Positions 1 through 9,444 of a stretch of DNA of 64,000 bases are shown here, in pieces; position 1 is the stretch's first letter; every line of letters starts with the position of its first letter. The notes under the pieces were generated by a model. That model saw nothing but the letters and a program-made list of their open reading frames with translations. It was not told the origin of the DNA and did not search any database. The stretch spans positions 8,318-72,317 of the forward strand of contig CAVUAW010000016.1 of the NCBI GenBank assembly GCA_963739655.1, in the 5' to 3' direction. The position numbers were made by a program, and so were the translations under genes. This DNA comes from an uncultured Bacillaceae bacterium. GTDB lineage: Bacteria; Bacillota; Bacilli; Bacillales; Guptibacillaceae.

Positions 1-402
1 GTCTCTCGAGAAGATCTCCATCGAATCTGTCCTCATCCCGTTAATCCATGTAAGGTCATTCTTAAGGGAAGCGAGTTACGTGAAATCATTTCCCACTCGA
101 TGTCTGATGAAATCGTGAATTTAAGTTTCAAGGGTCTCGGTTTTAGAGGAGAAGTTATGGGGATTATGGCTTTTGATGGTCTCGAAGTTAAAACTGTGAA
201 AATGGAGGATGGTCTTACTCATGTGACGGACGTTCTCCATAATGGCAAGCAGCTTTCGTCTGATGAAGAATATGCTGTTGCTACAGCTGATATGTTCACA
301 TTTGGGAAATTTTATCCGCAGATGAAGCATGCCAAAAAGAAATATTACTTGCCAGAAATGCTCAGAGACCTGCTTGCTTGGCGACTTGAGAATAGGCATT
401 AA
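1..402 (+). CDS. yunD: 5'-nucleotidase/metallophosphoesterase C-terminal part (5'-truncated by window edge)
   Basis: Frame open from base 1 (VSREDLHRICPHPVNPC...GFRGEVMG...YAVATADMFTFG); position before yunC-yunB as in B. subtilis. Confidence 0.75.
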   Translation, partial: VSREDLHRICPHPVNPCKVILKGSELREIISHSMSDEIVNLSFKGLGFRGEVMGIMAFDGLEVKTVKMEDGLTHVTDVLHNGKQLSSDEEYAVATADMFTFGKFYPQMKHAKKKYYLPEMLRDLLAWRLENRH

Positions 403-485
403 ATTTTTTGTGTAAGATTGTCAAACATGCTCTTTGTCTCATATAGATATAGTGATATTCATTCAAGTCAGGAGGCGGGAATGAC

Positions 486-788
486 GTGATCACTATGACA
501 CCAATCATGATTGATGGTCATCCGTTTACAGCGGTCAGTATGCAGCTTCCGAAAACCAATTTTCTTGCGGTGATGAATGACAACGGGTATATCATGTGCG
601 GCGCACTGGATATCGCCTTACTTAATGAAAAGCTAAGTGACCGGAAGATTATTGCAGGAAGAGCTGTTGGAGTTAGATCGATTGAACAGCTGCTTGATGC
701 ACCGCTTGAATCGGTAACGCTTGAAGCTGAGGCAAGAGGTATCACAATTGGTACTCGAGGCAGAGATGCTATGCTTAAAATGGTTTGA
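486..788 (+). CDS. yunC: YunC/DUF1805 family protein
   Basis: GYIMCGALD and IAGRAVGVRSIEQLL motifs; RBS AGGAGG upstream of GTG; synteny. Confidence 0.85.
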   Translation: MITMTPIMIDGHPFTAVSMQLPKTNFLAVMNDNGYIMCGALDIALLNEKLSDRKIIAGRAVGVRSIEQLLDAPLESVTLEAEARGITIGTRGRDAMLKMV

Positions 789-820
789 AAGAAGCCGCAG
801 CAGTTGCTGCGGCTTCTTTT
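788..820 (+). terminator. Rho-independent terminator after yunC
   Basis: Inverted repeat aaagaagccgcagc / gctgcggcttcttt ending in a T run. Confidence 0.75.
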
Positions 821-840
821 CCTTTGATTAGATGAAATTT

Positions 841-872
841 GTCCATACTTCCTTCCTTCGTGGCATATACAT
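841..872 (+). promoter_or_regulatory. Possible SigE-type sporulation promoter of yunB
   Basis: ccatac-N14-catatacat resembles the SigE consensus; yunB is SigE-dependent in B. subtilis. Confidence 0.4.
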
Positions 873-896
873 GGTGAAGAGAAGGGAGGGTTCATT

Positions 897-1676
897 TTGT
901 TTCGACCTCGTAGAAAATTCTTTAGAAAGGGACCGCTTCCCTTTCGATATGTATTTGTCATCTCCTTCATTCTTTTCGTTTTTATGACCGTCCAGGGACT
1001 GTGGATCATTGAAAAAGGAATTAAGCCTACACTCATTGAAATTGCTCGCACGGAAACGAATCGGATTGCAACGATTGCCATTAATGAAGCCATTAATCAG
1101 AAGATGGCAGAAGAAGTAGATAATTACCAGGATTCATTAATAAAAGAAGTAACAGACAATGAAGGGAAATTAGTGAGAGTGCAGATTAATCAGAGAGCAG
1201 TGACTCAAGTGCTTGCTCAATCAACCGAAAAGGTGCAGCGGTTTCTTAAAAGTGTTGAAGATGGCACATTAGATTATTGGGCTGAACAGAATGGTGTTGA
1301 ACTTGAAGTGGATGATCAAACATCTTTAGATAACGGCATCATTCATTATATTCCAATTGGTCAGGCGTTTAATAATACCCTTCTTGCGAATATGGGTCCT
1401 AAGGTGCCTGTTCGTTTTACGGCAATCGGTGAAGTGAAATCGGATTATAAAAGTGAAATTGAACCAGTAGGGATCAACAACATATCTGTAGATATTCGTG
1501 TTCATATCGAAGTGAAAGTGAAAATCGTCATTCCGTTTGCTACGGATTCTGATGTCGTGACAACTGATATTCCAGTATTATTAACGATTATTCCTGGAGA
1601 AGTACCAAACTTCTATAATAATAGCTCTGGTGATGGACTACCGACACCATCTATTCAAATCGATGGGTTAGAATAA
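897..1676 (+). CDS. yunB: Sporulation protein YunB
   Basis: N-terminal TM helix, IPIGQAFNNTLLANMGPKVPVRF and GEVPNFY motifs. Confidence 0.9.
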   Translation: MFRPRRKFFRKGPLPFRYVFVISFILFVFMTVQGLWIIEKGIKPTLIEIARTETNRIATIAINEAINQKMAEEVDNYQDSLIKEVTDNEGKLVRVQINQRAVTQVLAQSTEKVQRFLKSVEDGTLDYWAEQNGVELEVDDQTSLDNGIIHYIPIGQAFNNTLLANMGPKVPVRFTAIGEVKSDYKSEIEPVGINNISVDIRVHIEVKVKIVIPFATDSDVVTTDIPVLLTIIPGEVPNFYNNSSGDGLPTPSIQIDGLE

Positions 1677-1683
1677 TCCCTTA

Positions 1684-1712
1684 TTGCACAACGGGGAAAA
1701 ATGAGGTATACT
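1684..1712 (+). promoter_or_regulatory. SigA promoter driving the lysine riboswitch leader
   Basis: TTGCAC-17 bp-TATACT. Confidence 0.7.
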
Positions 1713-1749
1713 TTTAAACTGAACTTAATATTGTTCCTTATCTTATACG

Positions 1750-1926
1750 ATGAGGTAGAGGAGCAGATTCTCATTAGTAAATGTTGGGAGAATGACACCA
1801 ATGATCAGCATCGAAAGGGAGATCTGCCGAAGCACAAATAGTGGTCATGTTATTTGTGTTGGGGCGACACTGAAGAAGTGTCGAACTGTCATTATGAGCT
1901 TAGCTTATAGTGGAGAACTACTGATC
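1750..1926 (+). ncRNA. Lysine riboswitch (L-box) aptamer
   Basis: Conserved elements gaggtagagg...agtaa...gaaaggg...tgccgaa...ctgtc...tggagaactac in the expected order upstream of an amino-acid transporter. Confidence 0.9.
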
Positions 1927-1955
1927 GGGATGGACACTTAACATTGACTCGGTGA

Positions 1956-1999
1956 AGCGAGCAATGATAGGACCAATCCTATCATTGCTCGCTTTTTTT
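1956..1999 (+). terminator. Riboswitch expression-platform terminator
   Basis: Perfect 17-bp stem agcgagcaatgatagga / tcctatcattgctcgct, ccaa loop, T run. Confidence 0.85.
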
Positions 2000-2130
2000 G
2001 TATGTTCAAAAAGTGATGAGCTCACTTTAGTGAATCCTTTCGAACATGGATCGCTCTTCCCCTTAATGAAGAGAAACGTCAGATTGTTCCACTCGATTAT
2101 GATTTACAATCATTTATTAGGAGGATATTC

Positions 2131-3708
2131 ATGGAGAATTCGATACTATCGATTATTCCACCACTCGTAGCGTTGCTAATGGTAGTGGTGACAAGAAAAG
2201 TGCTTCCTTCTCTAGGAGTAGGCATTATTCTTGGTGCGCTTATGGTTAACGACTGGAGTGTACCAGGATCAATAAAGCAAATTTATACGATCGTGAAGGG
2301 GATTGTGATTGATTCCGAAAGCGGTGGTTTGAATACATGGAATATGTATATTATTTTCTTCTTGCTGTTGCTCGGTATGATGACGGCATTTATTTCGATC
2401 TCAGGAGGAAGTCGAGCATTTGGTGAATGGGCAATGAAACGTGTCAAAACGAGAGTGGGTGCCCAGGTTGTAACGGCTATCTTTGGAGTGATTATTTTTA
2501 TTGATGATTACTTTAATTCGCTCGCAGTTGGAAATGTCAGTAGACCTATAACTGACCGGCATGGTGTGTCAAGGGCAAAGCTTGCTTATATTATTGATTC
2601 AACAGCTGCTCCAATGTGTATCATTTCACCGATTTCGAGCTGGGGTGCTTATATTATTGCGCTTATTGGTGGCGTTCTTACAACCCATAGCATTACAGGT
2701 GTAGGCGCACTTGAAGCATTCATGAGAATGATTCCGATGAATTTATATGCGCTATTCGCACTTGCGATGGTTTTCTTCGTTAGTTATTTTGATATTAATC
2801 TTAAAGCGATGAAAGTACATGAAGACCGCGCACAGCAAACAGGCAAGGTGCTTGATCCAGACAAAGGTGCCGTTCCAGGTGAAACTACTGGGTTACCTGA
2901 GAGCGATAAAGGAAAAGTGGCTGATTTAGCATGGCCCATTATTATGTTGATCGCAGGGACAGTCACGTTCATGATTGTCACGGGTATACAGGCTGTTAGT
3001 GGAACGGACACAGCGGTTACCGCATTGTCTATCTTTGAAAATACAGATGTTGCTGCTTCTCTTCTTTATGGAGGATTGATCGGTCTTGCTACATCACTGA
3101 TTTTCTTCTTCGCGAAACGCATGGGTGGAGCCGTTTTGGGAAAAGGAATCTGGGAAGGTATTAAATCGATGCTTCCAGCCGTCTATATTCTTTTCTTTGC
3201 ATGGACATTGATTGAAATCATTGGTTCACTTGGTACAGGCAAGTATCTTGCAGGACTTGTGAATGATCACATTATCATCGGCTTCTTACCAGCTATTTTA
3301 TTTATACTTGCAGGTGTCATGGCTTTTGCAACTGGAACTTCATGGGGAACGTTTGGTATCATGCTGCCGATAGCGGGAGAGATAGCTGCAGCTACGGATC
3401 CTACCTATATGCTCCCTGTACTTGCAGCTGTCCTTGCAGGAGCTGTATTTGGGGATCACTGTTCACCTATTTCAGATACGACTATTCTCTCTTCTACAGG
3501 AGCAGGTAGCCATCATATCGATCATGTCATGACACAACTTCCATATGCATTACTCGTTGCAGGCATCTCGTTACTTGGATATCTTGTTCTTGGCTTTACT
3601 GGTAGCTCTATTATCGGTTTGATTGCAACAGCCATTTTCTTTGGCATCTTAATCTTTATGCTAAAAGCTAAATATGCCAACAGAACGGTTGAAATTGAAA
3701 ATCATTAA
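2131..3708 (+). CDS. NhaC/Na+:H+ antiporter-family transporter, likely lysine permease (LysW type)
   Basis: Polytopic; IFIDDYFNSLAVG, AYIIDSTAAP, FATGTSWGTFGI and GDHCSPISDTTILSS motifs; lies under a lysine riboswitch. Confidence 0.85.
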   Translation: MENSILSIIPPLVALLMVVVTRKVLPSLGVGIILGALMVNDWSVPGSIKQIYTIVKGIVIDSESGGLNTWNMYIIFFLLLLGMMTAFISISGGSRAFGEWAMKRVKTRVGAQVVTAIFGVIIFIDDYFNSLAVGNVSRPITDRHGVSRAKLAYIIDSTAAPMCIISPISSWGAYIIALIGGVLTTHSITGVGALEAFMRMIPMNLYALFALAMVFFVSYFDINLKAMKVHEDRAQQTGKVLDPDKGAVPGETTGLPESDKGKVADLAWPIIMLIAGTVTFMIVTGIQAVSGTDTAVTALSIFENTDVAASLLYGGLIGLATSLIFFFAKRMGGAVLGKGIWEGIKSMLPAVYILFFAWTLIEIIGSLGTGKYLAGLVNDHIIIGFLPAILFILAGVMAFATGTSWGTFGIMLPIAGEIAAATDPTYMLPVLAAVLAGAVFGDHCSPISDTTILSSTGAGSHHIDHVMTQLPYALLVAGISLLGYLVLGFTGSSIIGLIATAIFFGILIFMLKAKYANRTVEIENH

Positions 3709-3711
3709 TCT

Positions 3712-3740
3712 AACAGGGGGGACCTTCCTCCTGTTTTTTT
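3712..3740 (+). terminator. Rho-independent terminator
   Basis: aacagggg...cctcctgtt hairpin followed by a T run. Confidence 0.65.
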
Positions 3741-3814
3741 ATGTTTTTCAACAAATATGTGGAGATTTTGATGAGAAATTGAACGGTTCATACTAAAAAA
3801 AGAAAAAGATTGTT

Positions 3815-3843
3815 TTGACAAGGTCATTCGTACTAGATATACT
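3815..3843 (+). promoter_or_regulatory. SigA promoter of the NSS transporter operon
   Basis: TTGACA-17 bp-TATACT. Confidence 0.8.
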
Positions 3844-3941
3844 ATAAACAAAATAATCTGAATTTACTCAAAAGTCTTAACCTTTTTCTGGAAGGGGGCT
3901 TATGGTGAAAAGGGTTTAATTTGTTTAAGGGGGTAATATAG

Positions 3942-5468
3942 TTGGAAAATCGTGCACAGTGGGGAACAAGAGCTGGTTTTATTTTAGCTGCAGTTGGTTC
4001 AGCAATAGGTCTAGGGAACATTTGGAGATTCCCGGCAGTTGCCTATGACAACGGTGGTGGGGCATTTTTTATACCTTATTTATTCGCTTTACTTACAGCC
4101 GGTATCCCAATTTTAATTCTTGAATTCACGATGGGTCATAAATTTCGTGGATCAGCGCCGCTTTCATTTTTCAGAATGAATAAGAAAATGGAGTGGCTTG
4201 GTTGGTGGGGCGTTATTGTAGCCTTTGTTATCTCAACCTATTACGCTGTTATTATTGCGTGGGCCATCTCTTACAGTTATTTTGCGTTTAATCAGAGCTG
4301 GGGTGCTGATACTGAAACCTTCCTTTTCAATGATTATCTAAAGCTGACAGTTGATCCTGGACAAACAGGTAGTATCGTACCAGGCGTTTTTATCCCGCTA
4401 ATTGCTGTTTGGATTATCACACTTGGCGTTCTACTTGCTGGAGTTAAAAAAGGGATTGAACGTGCTAATAAGATTTTCATCCCGACATTGATTGTTCTAT
4501 TCTTAATCATCGTTATTCGTGCAGTTACACTACCTGGTGCAGGTGAAGGGTTGAGTGCTTTCTTCACTCCAAACTTTGACAGTATTACTTCAGGTAAAGT
4601 ATGGGTTGCTGCATATGGACAAATCTTCTTCAGTTTATCGATTGCATTTGCTATTATGATTACTTATTCGAGTTACTTACCAAAAAAGTCCGATATCACG
4701 AACAATGCCTTCATTACTGGATTCGGTAACTCTGCTTTTGAATTACTTGCTGGTATCGGTGTATTCTCTGCACTTGGTTTTATGGCTCAGCAGCAGGGAG
4801 TTGAAGTAAGCGAAGTGGTAAGCGGTGGAGTTGGACTAGCTTTTGTTGTCTTTCCACAAATTATTAATGAGTTTCCTGCACTGAATGGTTTGTTCGGATT
4901 CTTATTCTTTGCATCTCTCGTCCTTGCAGGATTATCTTCTCTCATTTCAATTTCAGAAACGTATGTTGCTGGTGTATCTGAGAAGTTTGGGATTTCACGT
5001 ACGAAGGCTGTTTTAATTGGTGGTGGAGTTTCTTCATTAATCTCCATTCTTTTCGCAACGCAGGGCGGTTTGTTCTTCCTTGATGTAGCAGATTACTTTA
5101 TCAACCAGTTTGGAATTGCGTTCGTTGGACTTGCAGAGGTTGTTGTTGTAGCCTGGGTGCTTCGTGAACTGAAAGGTCTTGAAACACATGCAAATGCGAT
5201 TTCCGATATTCCGTTAAATTACTGGTGGAAAGCATGTCTTAGCGTGATTACGCCATTAGTACTTGGGTACATGATGTTTGATCTTTTTAAAACAAACCTT
5301 CTTCGTCAGTTCCCTACGGATTCTGGTAACTATGGAGATTACTCAAATGGATTCATTTTATACAGTGGCTGGTTCGTTGCCGGTTTTGCAATCCTTCTAG
5401 GAATATTGTTCAGCATGAAAAAATGGGATACGAAGGTAGAGCAACAAAAGCACAAGGAGGTAAGCTAA
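3942..5468 (+). CDS. Sodium-dependent transporter, NSS/SNF family (MetP-like)
   Basis: RAQW...GSAIGLGNIWRFP...YDNGGGAFFIPY signature; WVAAYGQIFFSLS. Confidence 0.9.
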   Translation: MENRAQWGTRAGFILAAVGSAIGLGNIWRFPAVAYDNGGGAFFIPYLFALLTAGIPILILEFTMGHKFRGSAPLSFFRMNKKMEWLGWWGVIVAFVISTYYAVIIAWAISYSYFAFNQSWGADTETFLFNDYLKLTVDPGQTGSIVPGVFIPLIAVWIITLGVLLAGVKKGIERANKIFIPTLIVLFLIIVIRAVTLPGAGEGLSAFFTPNFDSITSGKVWVAAYGQIFFSLSIAFAIMITYSSYLPKKSDITNNAFITGFGNSAFELLAGIGVFSALGFMAQQQGVEVSEVVSGGVGLAFVVFPQIINEFPALNGLFGFLFFASLVLAGLSSLISISETYVAGVSEKFGISRTKAVLIGGGVSSLISILFATQGGLFFLDVADYFINQFGIAFVGLAEVVVVAWVLRELKGLETHANAISDIPLNYWWKACLSVITPLVLGYMMFDLFKTNLLRQFPTDSGNYGDYSNGFILYSGWFVAGFAILLGILFSMKKWDTKVEQQKHKEVS

Positions 5469-5469
5469 T

Positions 5470-5574
5470 ATGGGTGGTAGTGCGATTTTTATGATGATCC
5501 TTGGTATGGTAATTATATGGGGTGGTCTTGCGGCAAGTATTCTCAATGCTGTCCGAGTATCCAAAAAGCAATAG
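5470..5574 (+). CDS. MetS-like NSS transporter small subunit, 34 aa (not in ORF track)
   Basis: Translated by hand: MGGSAIFMMILGMVIIWGGLAASILNAVRVSKKQ; RBS AAGGAGG; starts 1 nt after the NSS stop; followed by a terminator. Confidence 0.85.
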   Translation: MGGSAIFMMILGMVIIWGGLAASILNAVRVSKKQ

Positions 5575-5579
5575 AAATC

Positions 5580-5617
5580 AAAGAAGAACTAACATTATTA
5601 CGTTAGTTCTTCTTTTT
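5580..5617 (+). terminator. Terminator of the NSS operon
   Basis: 13-bp stem aagaagaactaac / gttagttcttctt plus T run. Confidence 0.75.
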
Positions 5618-5680
5618 AATGAATGGTGTTGATTTTAGGCTAATCTTAGAGCGTGACCTAATTTAAATTTGTAATGGAAA

Positions 5681-6658
5681 TTATCGTGATCGTTCCTGAC
5701 GTTCCCATAATCTTAATGAAGGGTAAGGATCATACGACCATTCGGTCCGACCATTATCTTTATAGATCCCATAATGAAGATGGGGTGGGAATTTTCCAGC
5801 CGTTCCTTCTGGACCATATCCAGAACTTCCGACATAACCGATTATTTCTCCAGGCTGAACCACGCTACCCTTTTCAATTCCTTTTTCAAAACCATTTAAA
5901 TGGGCGTAATAATGATAATTTCCTTGAATATCACGAATGCCGATTCTCCAACCTCCATACTCATTCCAACCTTTCGTTTCAACTGTACCAAAACTTGTAG
6001 CTTTTACAGCTACTCCGTAGGAAGCAAAAATATCAGTTCCTTCGTGGATCCGTAAACCGCCCCAGCCTCGGCGGTCTCCCCAAGTACTACGATAGCTATA
6101 ATTTGCATGAAGCGGGACAGGGAAAGCATGTTTTTCTAGCTTCAATGTCTGAAATTTATTATAGACTGCACTGTTACTCATGATGGTTCTGACTGCTTGA
6201 TCTCGATGATAATAATCCCATAAGCCTATTCGGATATCTTCAACGGAGGTACCATATTTCTGTAGGAAATGACCTATCGTATAGAGAAGATCCTCATCAT
6301 TTGTTCGTTCTACCTTGCCATCATCATTACCATCTAAACCGATCCCTCCAAAGAATGAAATAGATTCAGGATTAACATCATCTTTATTTGGATTCGCTTC
6401 CCCGACCCATTTTTCAGGTGCGATATAGATGGCGATGGAACCCTTTTCACGAGGTATGTCTTTCTGTGAACGTCTAATGCTTCGTTCATATTGATCTAAA
6501 CCAGCATAGATGTACCAGGGGATTTGCGTAACCGTCTCCATTTTATGAAATAACAACATTCGTTCACTTCTTAATTTATTTTCATCGACTTCAGCGGATA
6601 GCGTGTGCACTGGATTGAGAAAGAAAAGAATAAGGATAAGAAAACAGTATTTTCCCAA
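5681..6658 (-). CDS. lytH: M23 family metallopeptidase, sporulation hydrolase LytH/YunA
   Basis: HEGTD and HLH zinc motifs, YYAHL; signal peptide; divergent from lipA as in B. subtilis. Confidence 0.85.
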   Translation of the reverse strand: MGKYCFLILILFFLNPVHTLSAEVDENKLRSERMLLFHKMETVTQIPWYIYAGLDQYERSIRRSQKDIPREKGSIAIYIAPEKWVGEANPNKDDVNPESISFFGGIGLDGNDDGKVERTNDEDLLYTIGHFLQKYGTSVEDIRIGLWDYYHRDQAVRTIMSNSAVYNKFQTLKLEKHAFPVPLHANYSYRSTWGDRRGWGGLRIHEGTDIFASYGVAVKATSFGTVETKGWNEYGGWRIGIRDIQGNYHYYAHLNGFEKGIEKGSVVQPGEIIGYVGSSGYGPEGTAGKFPPHLHYGIYKDNGRTEWSYDPYPSLRLWERQERSR

Positions 6659-6840
6659 CGTTTCTTCTCCTTTCGTAATTTGTCATTACTATTAGTGTGG
6701 TTTTCATGGTCTAAAACATTAGATCTAAATTATGGAAGGTCTAAAGACTTAATCGTCATTAGATTCTTACTTTTCCTAGAAATATAGGTGGAGGATATGT
6801 TATCCTTTAATACAGAAAAGTAATTGATGGGGTGATAATT

Positions 6841-7728
6841 TTGAGTAAGAAAGAAGAATATTTGCGTAAACCAGAATGGTTAAAAATAAAACTAAATACG
6901 AATGAGAACTATAAAGGCCTTAAAAAGATGATGCGCGATAAAAAATTACATACCGTATGTGAAGAAGCACGCTGTCCTAATATTCATGAGTGCTGGGCTG
7001 TTCGTAAAACCGCAACCTTCATGATCCTGGGCGATGTGTGTACACGAGCATGTCGTTTCTGTGCGGTTAAAACAGGCCTTCCAACAGAACTTGATTGGGC
7101 TGAACCTGAACGCGTAGCCGATTCAGTTGAACAAATGGGATTAAAACATGTCGTTATCACTGCTGTTGCGCGAGACGATTTAAAAGACGGTGGTGCAGCC
7201 GTATTCGCTGAAACTGTCCGTGCAATTCGTAGAAAAAATCCATTCTGCTCCATCGAAGTCCTTCCGTCAGATATGGGTGGCCAATATGAAGCCCTTGAAA
7301 CATTAATGGATGCAAAACCAGATATTATGAACCACAATATTGAAACAGTCGAACGTCTGACTCCTAGAGTTCGAGCACGAGCAAAATATCGTCGTACCCT
7401 CGAATTTCTTGAACGTGCTAAGCAAATGAATCCCGATATTCCAACAAAATCCAGTATTATGCTTGGATTGGGAGAAACGAAGGAAGAAATCATTCAAACG
7501 CTTGACGACCTTCGTGCACACGATGTCGATATTGTTACTCTCGGACAATACTTACAACCATCTAAAAAACATTTAAAAGTTGAGAAATACTGGACTCCTC
7601 AAGAGTTCCTTGAACTAAAAGATATCGCCCTAGAAAAAGGATTTAAACACTGCGAATCAGGTCCAATGGTACGCTCTTCCTACCACGCAGATGAACAAGT
7701 AAACGCAGCAAAACAAGCATCGAATTAA
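6841..7728 (+). CDS. lipA: Lipoyl synthase
   Basis: [12 protein letters not shown] and CTRACRFC clusters, RSSYHA C-terminus; start moved to TTG 6841 on RBS spacing. Confidence 0.97.
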   Translation: MSKKEEYLRKPEWLKIKLNTNENYKGLKKMMRDKKLHTVCEEARCPNIHECWAVRKTATFMILGDVCTRACRFCAVKTGLPTELDWAEPERVADSVEQMGLKHVVITAVARDDLKDGGAAVFAETVRAIRRKNPFCSIEVLPSDMGGQYEALETLMDAKPDIMNHNIETVERLTPRVRARAKYRRTLEFLERAKQMNPDIPTKSSIMLGLGETKEEIIQTLDDLRAHDVDIVTLGQYLQPSKKHLKVEKYWTPQEFLELKDIALEKGFKHCESGPMVRSSYHADEQVNAAKQASN

Positions 7729-7955
7729 GAAAAGTGGAGACGAGCGATTAGAAACGGAGATATTGGAGGTCTTGAACGGAAACACGGGTTTTTGTGTTTC
7801 TGAGAAAGAGCGAAATATCGAAGTTTCTGCGAGTCACAACTAGATCAAGAAAAGTGGAGACGAGCGATTAGAAACGGAGATATTGGAGGTCTTGAACGGA
7901 AACACGGGTTTTTGTGTTTCTGAGAAAGAGCGAAATATCGAAGTTTCTGCGAGTC
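7727..7955. repeat. Two identical 109-bp direct repeats at 120-bp period, each with nested hairpins
   Basis: 7727-7835 and 7847-7955 are identical; internal stems agaaac/gtttct, gatatt/aatatc, gaaacac/gtgtttc. Confidence 0.95.
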
Positions 7956-7988
7956 TTGATTGAGGGTCTCATATTTATAGAACATAGC

Positions 7989-8014
7989 AAAATCGGCCCA
8001 GCAGGGCCGATTTT
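7989..8014. terminator. Bidirectional terminator between lipA and yutC
   Basis: aaaatcggccc-agca-gggccgatttt. Confidence 0.75.
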
Positions 8015-8018
8015 ATCT

Positions 8019-8684
8019 TTATCTAGACATCATTTCTTTTCCGCTAGTATCATTCAACTCGTCGTTCATTTCGCCTTTCATTTCACCGTTTTCGTTCTCG
8101 CCATCGCTTATCTTTTTCCCTTGAGGCGCTTTTTTCATTTTCGCAATGGTTTGCTCAATGCTTTTGTCTAATTCCCCGCTAGTGGTTGTACCATTCTGAT
8201 AGCGCTCAACCTCAGAAATCATTCCTTGCTCATCTGATACATAGACGTGATAATATCTTGGAATCACGGAAAGGGCTGTTTTCTTCACTTGGTCTGCCGT
8301 CGCATCGCGATCCTTTGTGGTGGACTTATAACCAATCAATACTTCTTCGTCAGTAACGAGGGCAGCAACATCATTCACGTAGGGAAGTACAATCGCCATC
8401 GAACTAATCATGTCGGCCAGTTGATCACGATCAAGATAGGCGATGTTTTCCGGTTGCTTTAGTGAATTCATATTGTTTGTATTTCTCGTATGACGAACAT
8501 ATCCAAAGCCACCTTTTTTGGATCTGTCTTGTGAATTTGCAGTGTTCATTCCATACTCTTCAGGGTCTGTTTTGACTGGTGTTAAATCAGCATGATCAAA
8601 GGAATCCGTTGCATTTTGACCCTGACATGCTGCGAGACCTAGCGCGAGTGGCAATATGAGCATTAGTTGTTTTTTCAAGAGCAT
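8019..8684 (-). CDS. yutC: YhcN/YlaJ family sporulation lipoprotein
   Basis: Lipobox LAAC; ALVTDEEVLIGY and VIPRYYHVYVSD motifs; synteny. Confidence 0.8.
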   Translation of the reverse strand: MLLKKQLMLILPLALGLAACQGQNATDSFDHADLTPVKTDPEEYGMNTANSQDRSKKGGFGYVRHTRNTNNMNSLKQPENIAYLDRDQLADMISSMAIVLPYVNDVAALVTDEEVLIGYKSTTKDRDATADQVKKTALSVIPRYYHVYVSDEQGMISEVERYQNGTTTSGELDKSIEQTIAKMKKAPQGKKISDGENENGEMKGEMNDELNDTSGKEMMSR

Positions 8685-8805
8685 TCACCTCCATACCGTT
8701 ATCATGACCGAACTTAGTCTCTTTTTTCCTGGTATTACTTGGACAATTCCAATAAAAAAGGTATCATAATAGTAACGAGCCCATATTGAAATGAGGGAAG
8801 TAGTA

Positions 8806-9111
8806 ATGATAAAAGTGAACCAACACACGTTTGAGCTGGTTAAAGATGAACGGGATGGATGGAATGAAGAAGCATTCAACGCCAGATATAGTGAAATTCT
8901 CGATAAATACGATTATATTGTGGGAGACTGGGGATATGGTCAATTAAGACTGAAAGGTTTTTTTGAGGATCGTAATCAAAAAGCCACGTTCGATACGAAG
9001 TTTAGCACGGTGCTTGATTATTTATATGAATACTGCAATTTTGGTTGTCCCTATTTTGTATTGAAGAAACAGAAGAAGGAAAAGCCAAAGAAACAACAAC
9101 AAGAAGCATAA
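8806..9111 (+). CDS. yutD: YutD/DUF1027 family protein
   Basis: KYDYIVGDWGYGQLRLKGF and YEYCNFGCPYFVL motifs; start at ATG 8806 after RBS. Confidence 0.9.
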   Translation: MIKVNQHTFELVKDERDGWNEEAFNARYSEILDKYDYIVGDWGYGQLRLKGFFEDRNQKATFDTKFSTVLDYLYEYCNFGCPYFVLKKQKKEKPKKQQQEA

Positions 9112-9124
9112 GCCCATCAAGGGC

Positions 9125-9394
9125 TTATGCTTCGTATGGTTTTTCAGATGCTTCATCTGGATCATCGTGAGGAGGGTGTGAACCAGGGTCCTGACGCGGC
9201 AAATTCTGATGAAGGGTTTTATTCTCATAGTTGAAAGCACTATAGGATCGCTGACCCTCTCGCCATGGTGTGGTTTTACCGAGTTTCTTATTAACCGGAG
9301 AGCCATAAGGTCCTTCTGGTGTATCTTCGGGTAATACATAGTTGCGTCCTTTTTCAACATTTGCAAAATCTGTATAATCTTCCTCATCAAACAT
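9125..9394 (-). CDS. Conserved Bacillaceae cytosolic hypothetical protein
   Basis: 89-aa ORF with RBS AAAGGTGG; PEGPYGSP and RQDPGSHPPHD motifs. Confidence 0.65.
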   Translation of the reverse strand: MFDEEDYTDFANVEKGRNYVLPEDTPEGPYGSPVNKKLGKTTPWREGQRSYSAFNYENKTLHQNLPRQDPGSHPPHDDPDEASEKPYEA

Positions 9395-9444
9395 GAATAA
9401 ACACCACCTTTAACAGGTAGTGTATTCATTGCAGGTTCAAAATA

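Noticed and set aside
1952-2170. 72-aa ORF in the riboswitch leader
   Set aside because: Runs through the riboswitch terminator; no RBS; shadow ORF
7727-7955. 120-bp-period repeats as a CRISPR array
   Set aside because: Repeats are 109 bp, there are only two copies with an 11-nt linker, no unique spacers and no cas genes
7914-8171. 85-aa plus-strand ORF
   Set aside because: Built from the repeat sequence and the antisense of yutC; no RBS
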